A stretch of DNA of 64,000 nt from an uncultured delta proteobacterium. Its GTDB lineage: Bacteria > Myxococcota > Myxococcia > Myxococcales > Anaeromyxobacteraceae. Numbering within the stretch: the stretch's first letter is position 1; each line of letters starts with the position of its first letter. Where the stretch lies: NCBI GenBank assembly GCA_963828255.1, contig CAWHDZ010000026.1, positions 49,509 through 113,508 of the forward strand, in the 5' to 3' direction. The notes under the pieces were generated by a model, which made no database searches, was not told the origin of the DNA, and worked only from the letters and a program-made list of their open reading frames with translations. Shown here in pieces: positions 30,494 through 41,142 of the stretch. Made by a program: the position numbers and the translations under genes.

Positions 30494-31261
30494 ATGCCGC
30501 TCCTGCGCGTGAACAACCTGATACTCCATTTCCGAGGGGTGACGGCCCTCTCGGACGTCAGCTTCGAGGTTCGCCGCGGTGCGTTGCACGCGGTGATCGG
30601 CCCCAACGGCGCCGGAAAGACCAGTCTCCTCAACTGCATCAGCGGGGTCTACCGCCCCCAGCGCGGCAGCATCGCCTTCGACGGCGCCGACGTCTCGAAG
30701 CTCTCCCCGGCCACGCGGACCAAGCTGGGGATCGCCCGGACGTTCCAGAACATCGCCCTCTTCCGGGGAATGACCGTCCTCGACAACCTGCTCATCGGGC
30801 GCCACGTCCACCAGAAGGAGGGCGTGCTGGCCGGCGGGGCCTACTACGGGCCGGCCCGCCGGGAGGAGATCGCCAACCGGGAGATCGTCGAGGACATCAT
30901 CGAGTTCCTCGAGATCCAGCACATCCGCAAGAAGACCGTGGGCACGCTGGCCTACGGCCTGCAGAAGCGGGTCGAGCTGGCCCGGGCGCTGGCCCTCGAG
31001 CCCCGCCTCCTGCTCCTCGACGAGCCCATGGCCGGGATGAACGCCGAGGAGAAGGAGGACATGGCCCGCTTCATCCTCGACATCAACGAGGACCGGGGGA
31101 CCACCATGATCATGATCGAGCACGACATGGGCGTGGTGATGGACGTCTCGCACCGGGTCACGGTCCTCTCCTTCGGGGAGAAGATCGCCGACGGGACGCC
31201 CGAGGAGGTCCAGGGCGATGCGGCCGTCCAGGAAGCCTACCTCGGCCAGGCGCACGGATAG
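30494..31261 (+). CDS. Liv-type ABC ATPase (LivG-like)
   Basis: GPNGAGKT, ARTFQN, LLLDEP, IEHDM. Confidence 0.92.
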   Translation: MPLLRVNNLILHFRGVTALSDVSFEVRRGALHAVIGPNGAGKTSLLNCISGVYRPQRGSIAFDGADVSKLSPATRTKLGIARTFQNIALFRGMTVLDNLLIGRHVHQKEGVLAGGAYYGPARREEIANREIVEDIIEFLEIQHIRKKTVGTLAYGLQKRVELARALALEPRLLLLDEPMAGMNAEEKEDMARFILDINEDRGTTMIMIEHDMGVVMDVSHRVTVLSFGEKIADGTPEEVQGDAAVQEAYLGQAHG

Positions 31262-31276
31262 GCGAGGGGACGACGC

Positions 31277-33214
31277 GTGGCCGACATCCTCGATCAGCTC
31301 CTGGGCAACGACACCTTCCCGAAGCTCCTGGTCCGCAACGCCGGGCTGTACCCCGACAGGGTGGCCATGCGCGAGAAGGAGTTCGGGATCTGGCAGCCGT
31401 TCACCTGGGGTGAATACCACGAGCACGTCCGCGACTTCTCGATGGGGCTGGTGGCCCTGGGCATGCAGCCCGGCGACAAGGTGGCCATCATCGGGGACAA
31501 CCGGCCGGAGTGGGTGTGGGCCGAGGTGGCCGCCCAGGGCGCCGGTGGCGCGTCGGTGGGGCTCTACCAGGACTCCAACCTCACCGAGGTGGCCTTCGTC
31601 ATCGACCACTGCGACGCCACCTTCGTGGTGGCCGAGGACCAGGAGCAGGTCGACAAGATCCTCGACATGCTCGACAAGCTGCCCAAGGTGCGGAACGTCG
31701 TCTACACCGACCCGCGCGGCCTCCGGAAGTACGAGCACGAGAAGCTCCTCTCCTTCGAGTCGGTCGAGGAGAAGGGGCGCGAGTTCCTCGCGCACCACCC
31801 CGGCGCCTGGGAGGAGCACGTCCGGCGCGGCCGGGTCGAGGACGTGGCCATCATCAGCTACACCTCGGGCACCACCGGGTTTCCCAAGGGGGCGATGCTC
31901 TCCTTCCGGAACCTGCTCTCCATGGCGCTCTCCCTCAACTCGGTGGACCCCAAGCTCCCCGAGGACGAGTTCGTCTCCTTCCTCCCGCTGGCCTGGATCG
32001 GCGAGCAGATGATGTCGCTCTCCTCGGCGCTGGCGGTGGGCTTCACGACGAACTTCCCCGAGCAGCCCGAGACGGTGATGGAGAACATCCGGGAGATCGG
32101 TCCCCACGTGATGTTCGCGCCCCCGCGCATCTGGGAGAACCTGACCTCCACGGTCCAGGTGAAGATCATGGACACCACCCCGTTCAAGCGCTTCATGTAC
32201 GAGCGCTGGATGCCGGTGGGGCGCAGGGTGGCCGACCTGCGCTTCCAGAAGAAGCCCATCCCGGCCGGCCTGGCCTTCCTGCACCGGCTCGGCCACTGGG
32301 CGCTCTTCCGCGCCCTCAAGGACCGGCTCGGCTTCACCCACCTGCGCAGCGCCTCCACCGGCGGCGCGGCGCTGGGCCCCGACGTCTTCCGCTTCTTCCA
32401 CGCCATGGACGTGCCCCTCAAGCAGATCTACGGGCAGACCGAGATCAGCGGCATCTCCTGCATCCACCGCGACGACGACATCCAGTTCCACACCGTGGGT
32501 GTCCCCATTCCCGGCACCGAGGTGAAGATCTCCGGCACGGGGGAGATCCTCTCCCGCAGCGAGGCCATCTTCCTCGGCTACTACAAGAACGACGAGGCCA
32601 CCGCCTCCACCGTCTCCGACGGCTGGCTCCACTCCGGCGACGCCGGCTACCTGGCCGAGAACGGCCACCTGGTGGTCATCGACCGCATCAAGGACGTGAT
32701 GCAGCTGGCCGACGGCACCCAGTACTCCCCCCAGTTCATCGAGAACCGGCTCAAGTTCTCACCCTTCGTGAAGGAGGCGGTGGTGGTGGGCAAGGGGCGC
32801 CCCTACCTCACCGCCATGCTCAACATCGACATGGGCGTGGTGGGGAAGTGGGCCGAGAAGAACAAGATCTCCTACACCACCTACACCGACCTCTCCGCCA
32901 AGCCCGAGGTCTACGACCTGGTGCAGAAGGAGGTCGACCAGGTCAACGAGACGCTCCCGGCCGCGGCCAGCATCCGCAAGTTCGTGCTGCTCTACAAGGA
33001 GCTCGACGCCGACGACGAGGAGCTGACCCGCACCCGAAAGGTGCGGCGCGGCTTCGTCGAGGAGCGCTACAAGGTGGTCATCGACGCCCTCTACGGCGAG
33101 GCCGGCGAGGTGGACATCGACACCACCATCAAGTTCCAGGACGGCAAGACCACCCGCATCCAGACCACGCTCCTCGTCCGCCGGCTGCGCGAGCCGGCCG
33201 GGAAGGCCGCCTGA
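31277..33214 (+). CDS. Long-chain acyl-CoA synthetase-like AMP-binding protein
   Basis: YTSGTTGFPKG, YGQTE, WLHSGDAG, IDRIKD, ELTRTRKVRR. Confidence 0.92.
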   Translation: MADILDQLLGNDTFPKLLVRNAGLYPDRVAMREKEFGIWQPFTWGEYHEHVRDFSMGLVALGMQPGDKVAIIGDNRPEWVWAEVAAQGAGGASVGLYQDSNLTEVAFVIDHCDATFVVAEDQEQVDKILDMLDKLPKVRNVVYTDPRGLRKYEHEKLLSFESVEEKGREFLAHHPGAWEEHVRRGRVEDVAIISYTSGTTGFPKGAMLSFRNLLSMALSLNSVDPKLPEDEFVSFLPLAWIGEQMMSLSSALAVGFTTNFPEQPETVMENIREIGPHVMFAPPRIWENLTSTVQVKIMDTTPFKRFMYERWMPVGRRVADLRFQKKPIPAGLAFLHRLGHWALFRALKDRLGFTHLRSASTGGAALGPDVFRFFHAMDVPLKQIYGQTEISGISCIHRDDDIQFHTVGVPIPGTEVKISGTGEILSRSEAIFLGYYKNDEATASTVSDGWLHSGDAGYLAENGHLVVIDRIKDVMQLADGTQYSPQFIENRLKFSPFVKEAVVVGKGRPYLTAMLNIDMGVVGKWAEKNKISYTTYTDLSAKPEVYDLVQKEVDQVNETLPAAASIRKFVLLYKELDADDEELTRTRKVRRGFVEERYKVVIDALYGEAGEVDIDTTIKFQDGKTTRIQTTLLVRRLREPAGKAA

Positions 33215-34101
33215 TGGAATTCTTCCTCCAGCTCGTGCTCAACGGGATCGTGGTGGGGAGCATCTACTCCCTGGTCGGCCTGGGCTTCGTGGTCATCTAC
33301 AAGTCCACCAGCGTGCTCAACTTCGCCCAGGGCGAGTTCCTGGTGCTGGGCGCCTACGTCTGCCTCACCCTCACGGTGCAGCACCAGGTCCCCTTCTTCT
33401 GGTCCTTCCTCATCACGCTGGTCTTCTCGGCGCTGCTCGGCATCCTCACCGAGCGTCTCATCCTGCGCCCCATGATCGGCGAGCCGGTCATCTCGCTCAT
33501 CATGGTGACGCTGGGGCTCTCCTCGCTCCTCAAGGCCATCATCCAGGGCATCTGGGGCACCGACCTGCGCCCCTTCCCCGACATCTTCCCGGCCGAGCCG
33601 GTGCAGATCGGCCCGCTGCCGGTCTCGCAGGGCTACCTCATCAGCCTGGTGAGCGTGATCATCCTGCTCGTCATCTTCACGCTCTTCTTCAAGTTCACCC
33701 GGGCCGGCGTGGCCATGCGCGCCACCGCCTTCTCCCAGCAAGTTTCGCTCTCGATGGGCATCTCGGTGAAGCGCATCTTCGCGCTGGCATGGTCCATCGC
33801 CGCGGTGGTCTCGGCCATCGGCGGGGTGCTGCTGGCCGGGATCCGGGGCGGCCTCGACGGGGCCATGGCGTTCTTCGGCCTCAAGGTCATCCCGGTGGTG
33901 ATCCTGGGCGGCCTCGACTCCGTCGCCGGCGCAATCGTGGGCGGCCCCATCATGGGCATCCTGGAGAACCTGGCGGGCGGCTACCTGGATCCGCTGGTGG
34001 GAGGCGGGGCCAAGGAGGTCGCGCCCTTCTTCATCCTGGTGCTCATCCTCAGCATCAAGCCATACGGGCTCTTCGGCAAGGTCAAGATCGAGCGGGTCTA
34101 G
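33214..34101 (+). CDS. Liv-type ABC permease (LivH-like)
   Basis: GSIYSL..NFAQGE, GVAMRA, ILGGLDS. Confidence 0.92.
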   Translation: MEFFLQLVLNGIVVGSIYSLVGLGFVVIYKSTSVLNFAQGEFLVLGAYVCLTLTVQHQVPFFWSFLITLVFSALLGILTERLILRPMIGEPVISLIMVTLGLSSLLKAIIQGIWGTDLRPFPDIFPAEPVQIGPLPVSQGYLISLVSVIILLVIFTLFFKFTRAGVAMRATAFSQQVSLSMGISVKRIFALAWSIAAVVSAIGGVLLAGIRGGLDGAMAFFGLKVIPVVILGGLDSVAGAIVGGPIMGILENLAGGYLDPLVGGGAKEVAPFFILVLILSIKPYGLFGKVKIERV

Positions 34102-34111
34102 GAGAGCACGG

Positions 34112-35155
34112 ATGCGCTGTGGGGACTTTCGCCAGAGCTACGCCGAGGACATGGCCCTCTTCGACTCGCCGTTGCCGCGGGTCCTGCTCACCGGCCTGCT
34201 GCTCTTCCTGCTGGTGCTGCCGCAGTTCGCCACCACCTACTGGCTCGACGTCCTGAACCGCATCTTCATCGCCATCATCGGGGCCATGGGGCTGAACGTG
34301 GTCACCGGCTTCACCGGCCTCATCTCGCTGGGAACCGCGGCCTTCCTGGCGGTGGGCGGATACGCCACGGCGGCCATGGCCGGCAAGGCCGGCCTCCCCT
34401 TCGTGGTGGTGATCCCGCTCTCCGGGCTCATCACCGCCGCGGTGGGACTGGTCTTCGGCATCCCGTCCCTGCGGCTCAAGGGGCTCTACCTCGCGGTGGC
34501 CACGCTGGCCGCCCACTACATGGTCGAGTTCACCGTCACCCACTGGGAGCACATGACCGGCGGGGTGAACGGCATCTCCATCCCGGCCGCGCAGTTCGCC
34601 GGGATCGAGCTCAAGGACGATCGGGGGATCTACTACCTGGTCTTCCCGATCATGGTCGGGCTGCTCTTCTTCACGAAGAACCTCTTCCGCACCAAGGTGG
34701 GCAAGGCCTTCGTGGCCATCCGCGACCAGGACATCTCCGCGGAGGTCATGGGGGTGGACGTCTTCCGCTACAAGCTGCTGGCCTTCGCGGTCTCCAGCTT
34801 CCTCATCGGCGTGGCCGGATCGCTGCTCGCCTACCAGGGGCGCATCATCAGCCCGGAGAACTTCCCCATCACGCTGGCCATCGACTACCTGGGCATGATC
34901 ATCATCGGCGGCCTGGGCTCGGTGCTGGGCTCCATCTTCGGCGCCATCTTCATCACGCTGCTGCCCGAGATCCTCCGCCTGGCCACCGACGCGCTCGGCA
35001 ACCACTGGCCCGGGCTCATGGTCATCGTGGCCCCCATCAAGACCGGCGTCTTCGGCCTGGTGGTGATCCTCTTCCTGATCTTCGAGCCGGACGGCATGGC
35101 CGCCCGGTGGCACCACATCAAGGCGTACTGGAAGCTGTATCCGTTCTCGTACTAG
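34112..35155 (+). CDS. Liv-type ABC permease (LivM-like)
   Basis: LNVVTGFTGLISLG, LRLKGLYLAVAT, AFVAIRD, IIGGLGS. Confidence 0.92.
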   Translation: MRCGDFRQSYAEDMALFDSPLPRVLLTGLLLFLLVLPQFATTYWLDVLNRIFIAIIGAMGLNVVTGFTGLISLGTAAFLAVGGYATAAMAGKAGLPFVVVIPLSGLITAAVGLVFGIPSLRLKGLYLAVATLAAHYMVEFTVTHWEHMTGGVNGISIPAAQFAGIELKDDRGIYYLVFPIMVGLLFFTKNLFRTKVGKAFVAIRDQDISAEVMGVDVFRYKLLAFAVSSFLIGVAGSLLAYQGRIISPENFPITLAIDYLGMIIIGGLGSVLGSIFGAIFITLLPEILRLATDALGNHWPGLMVIVAPIKTGVFGLVVILFLIFEPDGMAARWHHIKAYWKLYPFSY

Positions 35156-35207
35156 CAGCCCGGCAGCGAGCCCCGCGCAGTTGACCGTCAGTGACACAGG
35201 AGATGAC

Positions 35208-36407
35208 ATGACCCCACGCAAGACCCTCGGAACCATCGTCGCCGCAGCCCTTCTCGCCCTCGCGCCCTCCTGGGCCTCCGCCCAGCAGGAGATCAAGGTC
35301 GGTGGGATCTTCGACCTCACCGGCGTCACCTCGGACGTCGGCAAGCCCTTCGCCCAGGGCGTGCAGGACGCCGTGGCCTGGGTGAACGACAACGGCGGCA
35401 TCAACGGCAAGAAGATCAAGCTCATCGGCGCCGACTACGCCTACAAGATCGACCAGGCCCGCGCCCTCTACAAGAAGCTCGTCAACGACGACAAGGTCAT
35501 CATGATCCAGGGCTGGGGCACCGGCGACACCGAGGCGCTCAAGGACTTCGTGGGCCAGGACAAGGTGCCGTACTTCTCGGCCTCCTTCTCGGCCCCGCTC
35601 TCCGATCCGGCCAAGTTCCCCTACAACTTCTTCGTGGCCCCCACCTACTCCGACCAGCTGCGCTCCTGGCTCGACTGGGTGAAGCAGGACTACGCCAAGG
35701 CGGGAGGCAAGGGGAAGGCCAAGGTGGCCTTCATGTACGGCGACAACGCCTACGGCAAGTCCCCCATCGCCGCCGGAAGGAAGTACGCGGCCGAGATCGG
35801 CATCGACGTGGTCGACGAGGCCATCCTGCCCGGCAACCTCCAGGACGCCACCAGCCAGCTGCTCACCATGAAGCAGAAGGGGGTGGAGTACGCCTACATC
35901 AACGTGACCACCACGGGCGTGTCACTGGTGCTCCGCGACGCCAAGAAGCTCGGCATGACCGTCAAGTTCGGCTCGAACCCCTACGGCTTCTCCGAGTCGC
36001 TGGTGAAGCTGGCGGGGCCGCTCGCCGAGGGCGTCACCGGCGTCATGCCTCACGCGCCCTACGGGACGCCGGTTCCCGGGATGGCGAACGTGGTCGCCAT
36101 GCACGACAAGCTGCGCTCCGGCGAGATCGGCGACGCACTGTACGTGCGCGGCTACACCTACGTGATGGTCTGGTCGGAGGCGCTCAAGCGCGCCGACAAG
36201 GCTGGCCAGCTCAACGGCCCGGGCGTGAAGGCGGCCACCGAGACGCTGGCCGACTTCTCCACCGGCGGCCTCTCCCAGTCGGTGACCTACACCCCCACCG
36301 ACCACCGCCCCACCATGACCACGAGCATCTACCAGGTCCAGGGCGGCAAGCTGGTGAAGATCGGCGACTACATCATGCCGCGCACCAAGGAGTGGCTGGG
36401 GTTGTAG
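35208..36407 (+). CDS. Liv-type ABC periplasmic substrate-binding protein
   Basis: Signal peptide; DLTG..GGINGKKI; AGGAG RBS. Confidence 0.9.
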   Translation: MTPRKTLGTIVAAALLALAPSWASAQQEIKVGGIFDLTGVTSDVGKPFAQGVQDAVAWVNDNGGINGKKIKLIGADYAYKIDQARALYKKLVNDDKVIMIQGWGTGDTEALKDFVGQDKVPYFSASFSAPLSDPAKFPYNFFVAPTYSDQLRSWLDWVKQDYAKAGGKGKAKVAFMYGDNAYGKSPIAAGRKYAAEIGIDVVDEAILPGNLQDATSQLLTMKQKGVEYAYINVTTTGVSLVLRDAKKLGMTVKFGSNPYGFSESLVKLAGPLAEGVTGVMPHAPYGTPVPGMANVVAMHDKLRSGEIGDALYVRGYTYVMVWSEALKRADKAGQLNGPGVKAATETLADFSTGGLSQSVTYTPTDHRPTMTTSIYQVQGGKLVKIGDYIMPRTKEWLGL

Positions 36408-36436
36408 ACGAGTGACGTAGGCGATCGATGAAGCTT

Positions 36437-36464
36437 GCGGGCGGGACCGAACGGTCCCGCCCGC
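36437..36464 (+). terminator. Perfect 13-bp inverted repeat after the binding-protein gene
   Basis: GCGGGCGGGACCG-aa-CGGTCCCGCCCGC; no U-tract, so possibly an mRNA stabiliser. Confidence 0.6.
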
Positions 36465-36480
36465 TGCTAAGGGGTGAAGA

Positions 36481-37275
36481 ATGCTCGAGCTGAAGAACGT
36501 CGAGGTCATCTACGACGACGTGATCCTGGTGCTGAAGGGGCTCTCCCTCTCGGTGCCGGAGGGGAAGATCGTCGCGCTCCTCGGCTCGAACGGCGCCGGC
36601 AAGTCCACCACCCTGAAGGCCATCTCCGGCCTCCTGCGCAGCGAGGAGGGGGAGGTCACCGACGGCGGCATCTTCTTCGAGGGGCAGCCGATGCACGAGC
36701 TCCCCCCGGAGACGGTCGTCCGGCGCGGGATCTTCCAGGTCATGGAGGGACGCCGGGTCTTCGAGGACCTCACCGTCGAGGAGAACATCGACATGGGGGG
36801 CTACATCCGCAACGACCGGGCCGGCCTGAGGGCCGACAAGGAGGCCTGCTACGAGTTCTTCCCCCGCCTCAAGGAGCGGCGGAAGAAGCTGGCCGGCTAC
36901 CTCTCCGGGGGCGAGCAGCAGATGCTCGCCATCAGCCGCGCCCTCATGGCGCGCCCCAAGCTCATGATGCTCGACGAGCCCTCGCTGGGGCTCGCCCCCC
37001 TGCTGGTCGCCGAGATCTTCCGGATCATCAAGCGCATCAACGAGGAGCGGAAGACCACCATCCTGCTCGTCGAGCAGAACGCCAACCTGGCGCTGTCCAT
37101 CGCCGACTACGGCTACATCATGGAGAGCGGGCGGGTGGTCCTCGACGGCGATCCGACGAAGCTCCGCTCCAACGAGGACGTGAAGGAGTTCTACCTGGGC
37201 GGCGGCGGCGAGGGCGGCAAGAAGAGCTACAAGAACCTCAAGTTCTACAAGCGAAGGAAGCGGTGGTTGTCATAG
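36481..37275 (+). CDS. Liv-type ABC ATPase (LivF-like)
   Basis: GSNGAGKST, LSGGEQQM, LDEPSLGLAP, VEQN. Confidence 0.92.
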   Translation: MLELKNVEVIYDDVILVLKGLSLSVPEGKIVALLGSNGAGKSTTLKAISGLLRSEEGEVTDGGIFFEGQPMHELPPETVVRRGIFQVMEGRRVFEDLTVEENIDMGGYIRNDRAGLRADKEACYEFFPRLKERRKKLAGYLSGGEQQMLAISRALMARPKLMMLDEPSLGLAPLLVAEIFRIIKRINEERKTTILLVEQNANLALSIADYGYIMESGRVVLDGDPTKLRSNEDVKEFYLGGGGEGGKKSYKNLKFYKRRKRWLS

Positions 37276-37336
37276 CAAGGCCGTCAGGCCGCGCAGGAAC
37301 CACATCACGAATCCTCCACATCCCCGGAAGGATCGC

Positions 37337-38605
37337 ATGCCCCCCCTCCGCCCTTCCCGCATCCACGATCCCGCTGTCGAGTCCCAGTCCCCCGAGGCCC
37401 GCCGCGCCCAGCAGGGCGAGCGGCTCCGCCGCACCGTGGCCCACGCCTTCGCCCGCGCTCCCCGCGCGCGCCGCACCCTCGAGGCCGCCGGCATCGACCC
37501 GGCCTCCGTCCACGGCCTCGACGACCTCCTGCGCATCCCGGTGACCCGCAAGGATGCGCTCCCCGCCGCCCAGGCCGAGGAGCCGCCCTTCGCCGGTCTC
37601 ACCGCGGTGGACCCGGGCCAGCTGGCCCGCATCTTCATGTCGCCCGGCCCCATCTACGACCCGCAGGGCGCCCACGACGACTTCTGGCGCTTCCGCCACG
37701 CGCTCGCCTCGGCCGGATTCCGCGCCGGCGACGTGGCCCACAACTCGGCCTCCTACCACCTGACCCCGCTCGGCTTCATGCTCGACGCCGGCGCCCGGGC
37801 CCTGGGCTGCGCGGTGATCCCAGCGGGCGTCGGCCAGACCGAACTTCAAGTAAAGGTCGCGGCCCATGTGCGGGCCACCGCCTACCTCGGCCTCCCCAGC
37901 TTCCTGCACGCCCTGCTCACGAAGGCACGCGAGCTCGGAACGCCGCTGGCGCTCGAGGCGGCCTTCGTCATCGCCGAGATGCTGCCCGAGTCGCTGCGCA
38001 GCGAGATCCAGGACGGGTTCGGTGTCCGGGTCCTGCAGGGCTACGGAACGGCCGATCTGGGATGCCTGGCCTACGAGTGCCCGGAGAAGGGGGGCTGGCA
38101 CGTGCACCCCGAGGCCGTCGTCGAGGTGCTCGACCTCGAGACCGGGAAGCCCGCCGGGCCCGGCCAGCCGGGCGAGGTGGTGGGGACCCTCTTCGACGTG
38201 GCCTATCCGCTGCTCCGCTTCGGGACCGGAGACCTCTCCTCGCTGGGGCCGGAGGAGGCTTGCGGCTGCGGACGCACCACGCAGAAGCTGCTCGGCCTGC
38301 TCGGCCGGGTGGGGGACGGGGTCAAGGTGAAGGGGATGTTCATCCGCGCCGGGCAGATCGACGGCGTGATGAAGCGCTTCGCCGAGGTGACGAATTGGCA
38401 GGCGGTGGTGACCCGGGACGCCCACCTCGACCGGCTCGAGTACGTGGTCGAGCTCTCCGCCCCCGACGCCGGCGGCGCGCTGGGGGCGCGCCTGGCCGAG
38501 GCGCTGCGCGACGAGGTCAAGGTGAAGGGCGACGTCCGGGGCGCCGCGGCGGGCGCGATCCCGCCGGGGGCGAAGCGAATCGACGACCGGCGCGTCTGGA
38601 AGTAA
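37337..38605 (+). CDS. Phenylacetate-CoA ligase (PaaK)-family protein
   Basis: PVTRKD, MSPGPIY, YGTADLG, LRFGTGD, VKGMFI. Confidence 0.82.
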   Translation: MPPLRPSRIHDPAVESQSPEARRAQQGERLRRTVAHAFARAPRARRTLEAAGIDPASVHGLDDLLRIPVTRKDALPAAQAEEPPFAGLTAVDPGQLARIFMSPGPIYDPQGAHDDFWRFRHALASAGFRAGDVAHNSASYHLTPLGFMLDAGARALGCAVIPAGVGQTELQVKVAAHVRATAYLGLPSFLHALLTKARELGTPLALEAAFVIAEMLPESLRSEIQDGFGVRVLQGYGTADLGCLAYECPEKGGWHVHPEAVVEVLDLETGKPAGPGQPGEVVGTLFDVAYPLLRFGTGDLSSLGPEEACGCGRTTQKLLGLLGRVGDGVKVKGMFIRAGQIDGVMKRFAEVTNWQAVVTRDAHLDRLEYVVELSAPDAGGALGARLAEALRDEVKVKGDVRGAAAGAIPPGAKRIDDRRVWK

Positions 38606-38617
38606 GCTCCTCGGTCG

Positions 38618-39001
38618 ATGCGCGGCATCCGGGGCGCGACCCAGATCGAGGAGAACACCGTTCCGGCCATGGAAGAGGCCGTGGCGGAGCTCTGCGCAGC
38701 GCTCTGCGAGCGGAACGCCATCCGCCCCGAGGACATCGGCTGGGCCATCTTCACGGTGACCCACGACCTCGACGCCGACTTTCCGGCCCGCGCCGCCCGC
38801 GTCCGCAACGGCTGGCACCAGGTCCCCATGATCTGCTCGCGCGAGATCCCGGTCCCCGGGTCCCTGCCGCGGATCATCCGGGTGCTGCTCCACGTCGAGT
38901 CGATCGACCGGCCGGTGCGTCACGTCTACCTTCGCGGGGCCCGCGTGCTCCGTCCCGACCTCGCCGACCCGGAGGTCCCGCCGGCGACCGGTGGGAGGTG
39001 A
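38618..39001 (+). CDS. aroH: Chorismate mutase, AroH class
   Basis: RGIRGAT, FPARAAR, HVYLRGARVLRPDL. Confidence 0.93.
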   Translation: MRGIRGATQIEENTVPAMEEAVAELCAALCERNAIRPEDIGWAIFTVTHDLDADFPARAARVRNGWHQVPMICSREIPVPGSLPRIIRVLLHVESIDRPVRHVYLRGARVLRPDLADPEVPPATGGR

Positions 39002-39004
39002 GGC

Positions 39005-39856
39005 GTGCCCGGTGACCCCAGGCTGCCCCGCAGGGTGGGCATCGTCGGGCTCGGCCTCATGGGCGGATCGCTCGCCCGGGGGCTCAAGGCCATCGACCCC
39101 ACCGTGCACGTGGCCGCGGCCGAGTCCCGCGCCGAGGTGCGGGGGCGCGCCGTGGCCGACGGGGTGGTGGACGCGGTGCACGGGTCGCCTGGCCCCTGGC
39201 TCTTCGATCGGGAGGTCGTGGTGCTCTGCACGCCGGTGGCGGCCATCGAGGAACTGATCGGACCGGTGTCGCGGGCCATGCCCGACGGAGCGGTGCTCAC
39301 CGACGTGGGGGGCGCCAAGGAGCGGGTCTTCGAGGTGGCCCACCGGGACGGCGATCCGCGCGTCTCCTTCGTGGGGGCCCACCCCATGTTCGGCGGTCGC
39401 GGCGGCTACGAGGGGGCCAGGGCCGACCGCTGGAACGGAGGGACGGTGGCCATCTGCACCGACGGTGCGCTCCCCTCCGCGGTGGCGCGGATCACCGCGC
39501 TGCACGAGGCCCTGGGCGCGCGCACCGCCCCTTGCACCGCCGCCGAGCACGACGCCGCCGTGGCCCTGGTCTCCCACCTTCCCTACCTGCTCGCGAGCGC
39601 GCTCTCGCTGGCCGCCAAGGAGGCCGGGCCGCTGGCCCGCCTGCTCTCCGGGCCGGGGATGAACGACATGACCCGGCTGGCCGGCTTCGCCTTCGACATC
39701 CAGGGGGAGGTGGCGCGCCGCAACGCCCACGTCCCGGAGGCGGCGCGGCTGCTCGAGCGGCACCTGACGCGGATCCTGTCCGCCATCGCCGACTCCCCGG
39801 GTGCTGCCCGGGAGGCGCTCGAGGAGGCCCGCGGGGCCCGGGAGGCGCTCTTTTGA
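39005..39856 (+). CDS. tyrA: Prephenate dehydrogenase
   Basis: [34 protein letters not shown]. Confidence 0.88.
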   Translation: MPGDPRLPRRVGIVGLGLMGGSLARGLKAIDPTVHVAAAESRAEVRGRAVADGVVDAVHGSPGPWLFDREVVVLCTPVAAIEELIGPVSRAMPDGAVLTDVGGAKERVFEVAHRDGDPRVSFVGAHPMFGGRGGYEGARADRWNGGTVAICTDGALPSAVARITALHEALGARTAPCTAAEHDAAVALVSHLPYLLASALSLAAKEAGPLARLLSGPGMNDMTRLAGFAFDIQGEVARRNAHVPEAARLLERHLTRILSAIADSPGAAREALEEARGAREALF

Positions 39857-41142
39857 AAGGCCCGGTCACCTGCCGCCGCCGCGGCCCGATCCGCGGCTCC
39901 TTCGAGGTGCCCGGCGACAAGTCGGTCTCGCACCGGTCGCTCCTCTTCGCCGCGCTGGCCGAGGGCGAGACCCGGGTGCGTGGCCTGCTCCGCGCCGAGG
40001 ACGTCCACTCCACGTGGAAGGCGGTGGAGCGCCTGGGCGCCCGGGTGCGCGAGGAGGGGGATCTCGTGGTGGTCACGCCGCCGGCCCGGCTCGGCGAGCC
40101 CGACGACGTCATCGACTGCGGCAACTCGGGCACGAGCCTGAGGCTGCTGGCCGGGGTGCTGGCCGGGGTGCCGGGGCTCTCGGTCCTGACCGGCGACGCC
40201 TCGCTGCGCCGCCGACCGGTGAAGCGGGTGGTGGAGCCGCTCCGGCGCATGGGCGGCATCCTGGAGGCCCGCGACGGCGACCGGCTCCCGCCGCTTGTCA
40301 TCCGGGGGCAGCGGCTCCGTGGGACGCGGCACGTGCTCCAGGTGGCGAGCGCCCAGGTGAAGTCGGCCATCCTGCTGGCCGGGCTCTCCGCCGAGGGGGA
40401 GACCGTGGTCGAGGAGCCGGCGCTCTCCCGCGACCACACCGAGCGCATGCTCCGGCGCATGGGCGCCGACATCACCGTGGACGGGCTGCGGGTGACCATC
40501 CGCCCCTCCGGCCTGCGCGGGGGCGAGGTGGACGTGCCCGGCGACATCTCCTCTGCGGCCTTCTTCCTCTGCGCGGCGGCCGGCCTCCCCGGCTCGGAGG
40601 TGACCGCGCTCGGCCTGGGCACCAACCCCACCCGCACCGGGGTGCTCGACGTCCTGCGCGCCATGGGCGCCGACGTCGAGGTGGCGAACGAGCGCGAGAG
40701 CGCCGGCGAGCCGCGCGCCGACGTCACGGTGCGTGGATCCCGGCTCGAGGCGGTGACCATCGAGGGGGCCATCGTGCCGCGCCTCATCGACGAGCTGCCG
40801 GTCATCATGGTCCTCGCCACCCAGGCCGAGGGGCGCACCGTCATCCGCGACGCCCGGGAGCTGCGGGTGAAGGAGTCGGACCGGCTGCTGGTCATGGGGG
40901 AGGCGCTGGCCGCCGCCGGGGCCCGCATCGAGCTCTTCGACGACGGCTGCGCCATCACCGGGCCCACCCCGCTCCACGGCACCTCGGTGCGGACCCGCAT
41001 GGACCACCGGGTGGCCATGAGCATGGCGGTGGCCCAGCTCTTCGCCGCCGGGGACGAGGTGCTCCTCGACGACGCGGCCTGCGTGGACACCAGCTTCCCG
41101 TCCTTCTTCCCGATCCTCGATCGGCTTTCGGAGGGCAGATGA
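39853..41142 (+). CDS. aroA: EPSP synthase
   Basis: [36 protein letters not shown]. Confidence 0.96.
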   Translation: MKGPVTCRRRGPIRGSFEVPGDKSVSHRSLLFAALAEGETRVRGLLRAEDVHSTWKAVERLGARVREEGDLVVVTPPARLGEPDDVIDCGNSGTSLRLLAGVLAGVPGLSVLTGDASLRRRPVKRVVEPLRRMGGILEARDGDRLPPLVIRGQRLRGTRHVLQVASAQVKSAILLAGLSAEGETVVEEPALSRDHTERMLRRMGADITVDGLRVTIRPSGLRGGEVDVPGDISSAAFFLCAAAGLPGSEVTALGLGTNPTRTGVLDVLRAMGADVEVANERESAGEPRADVTVRGSRLEAVTIEGAIVPRLIDELPVIMVLATQAEGRTVIRDARELRVKESDRLLVMGEALAAAGARIELFDDGCAITGPTPLHGTSVRTRMDHRVAMSMAVAQLFAAGDEVLLDDAACVDTSFPSFFPILDRLSEGR

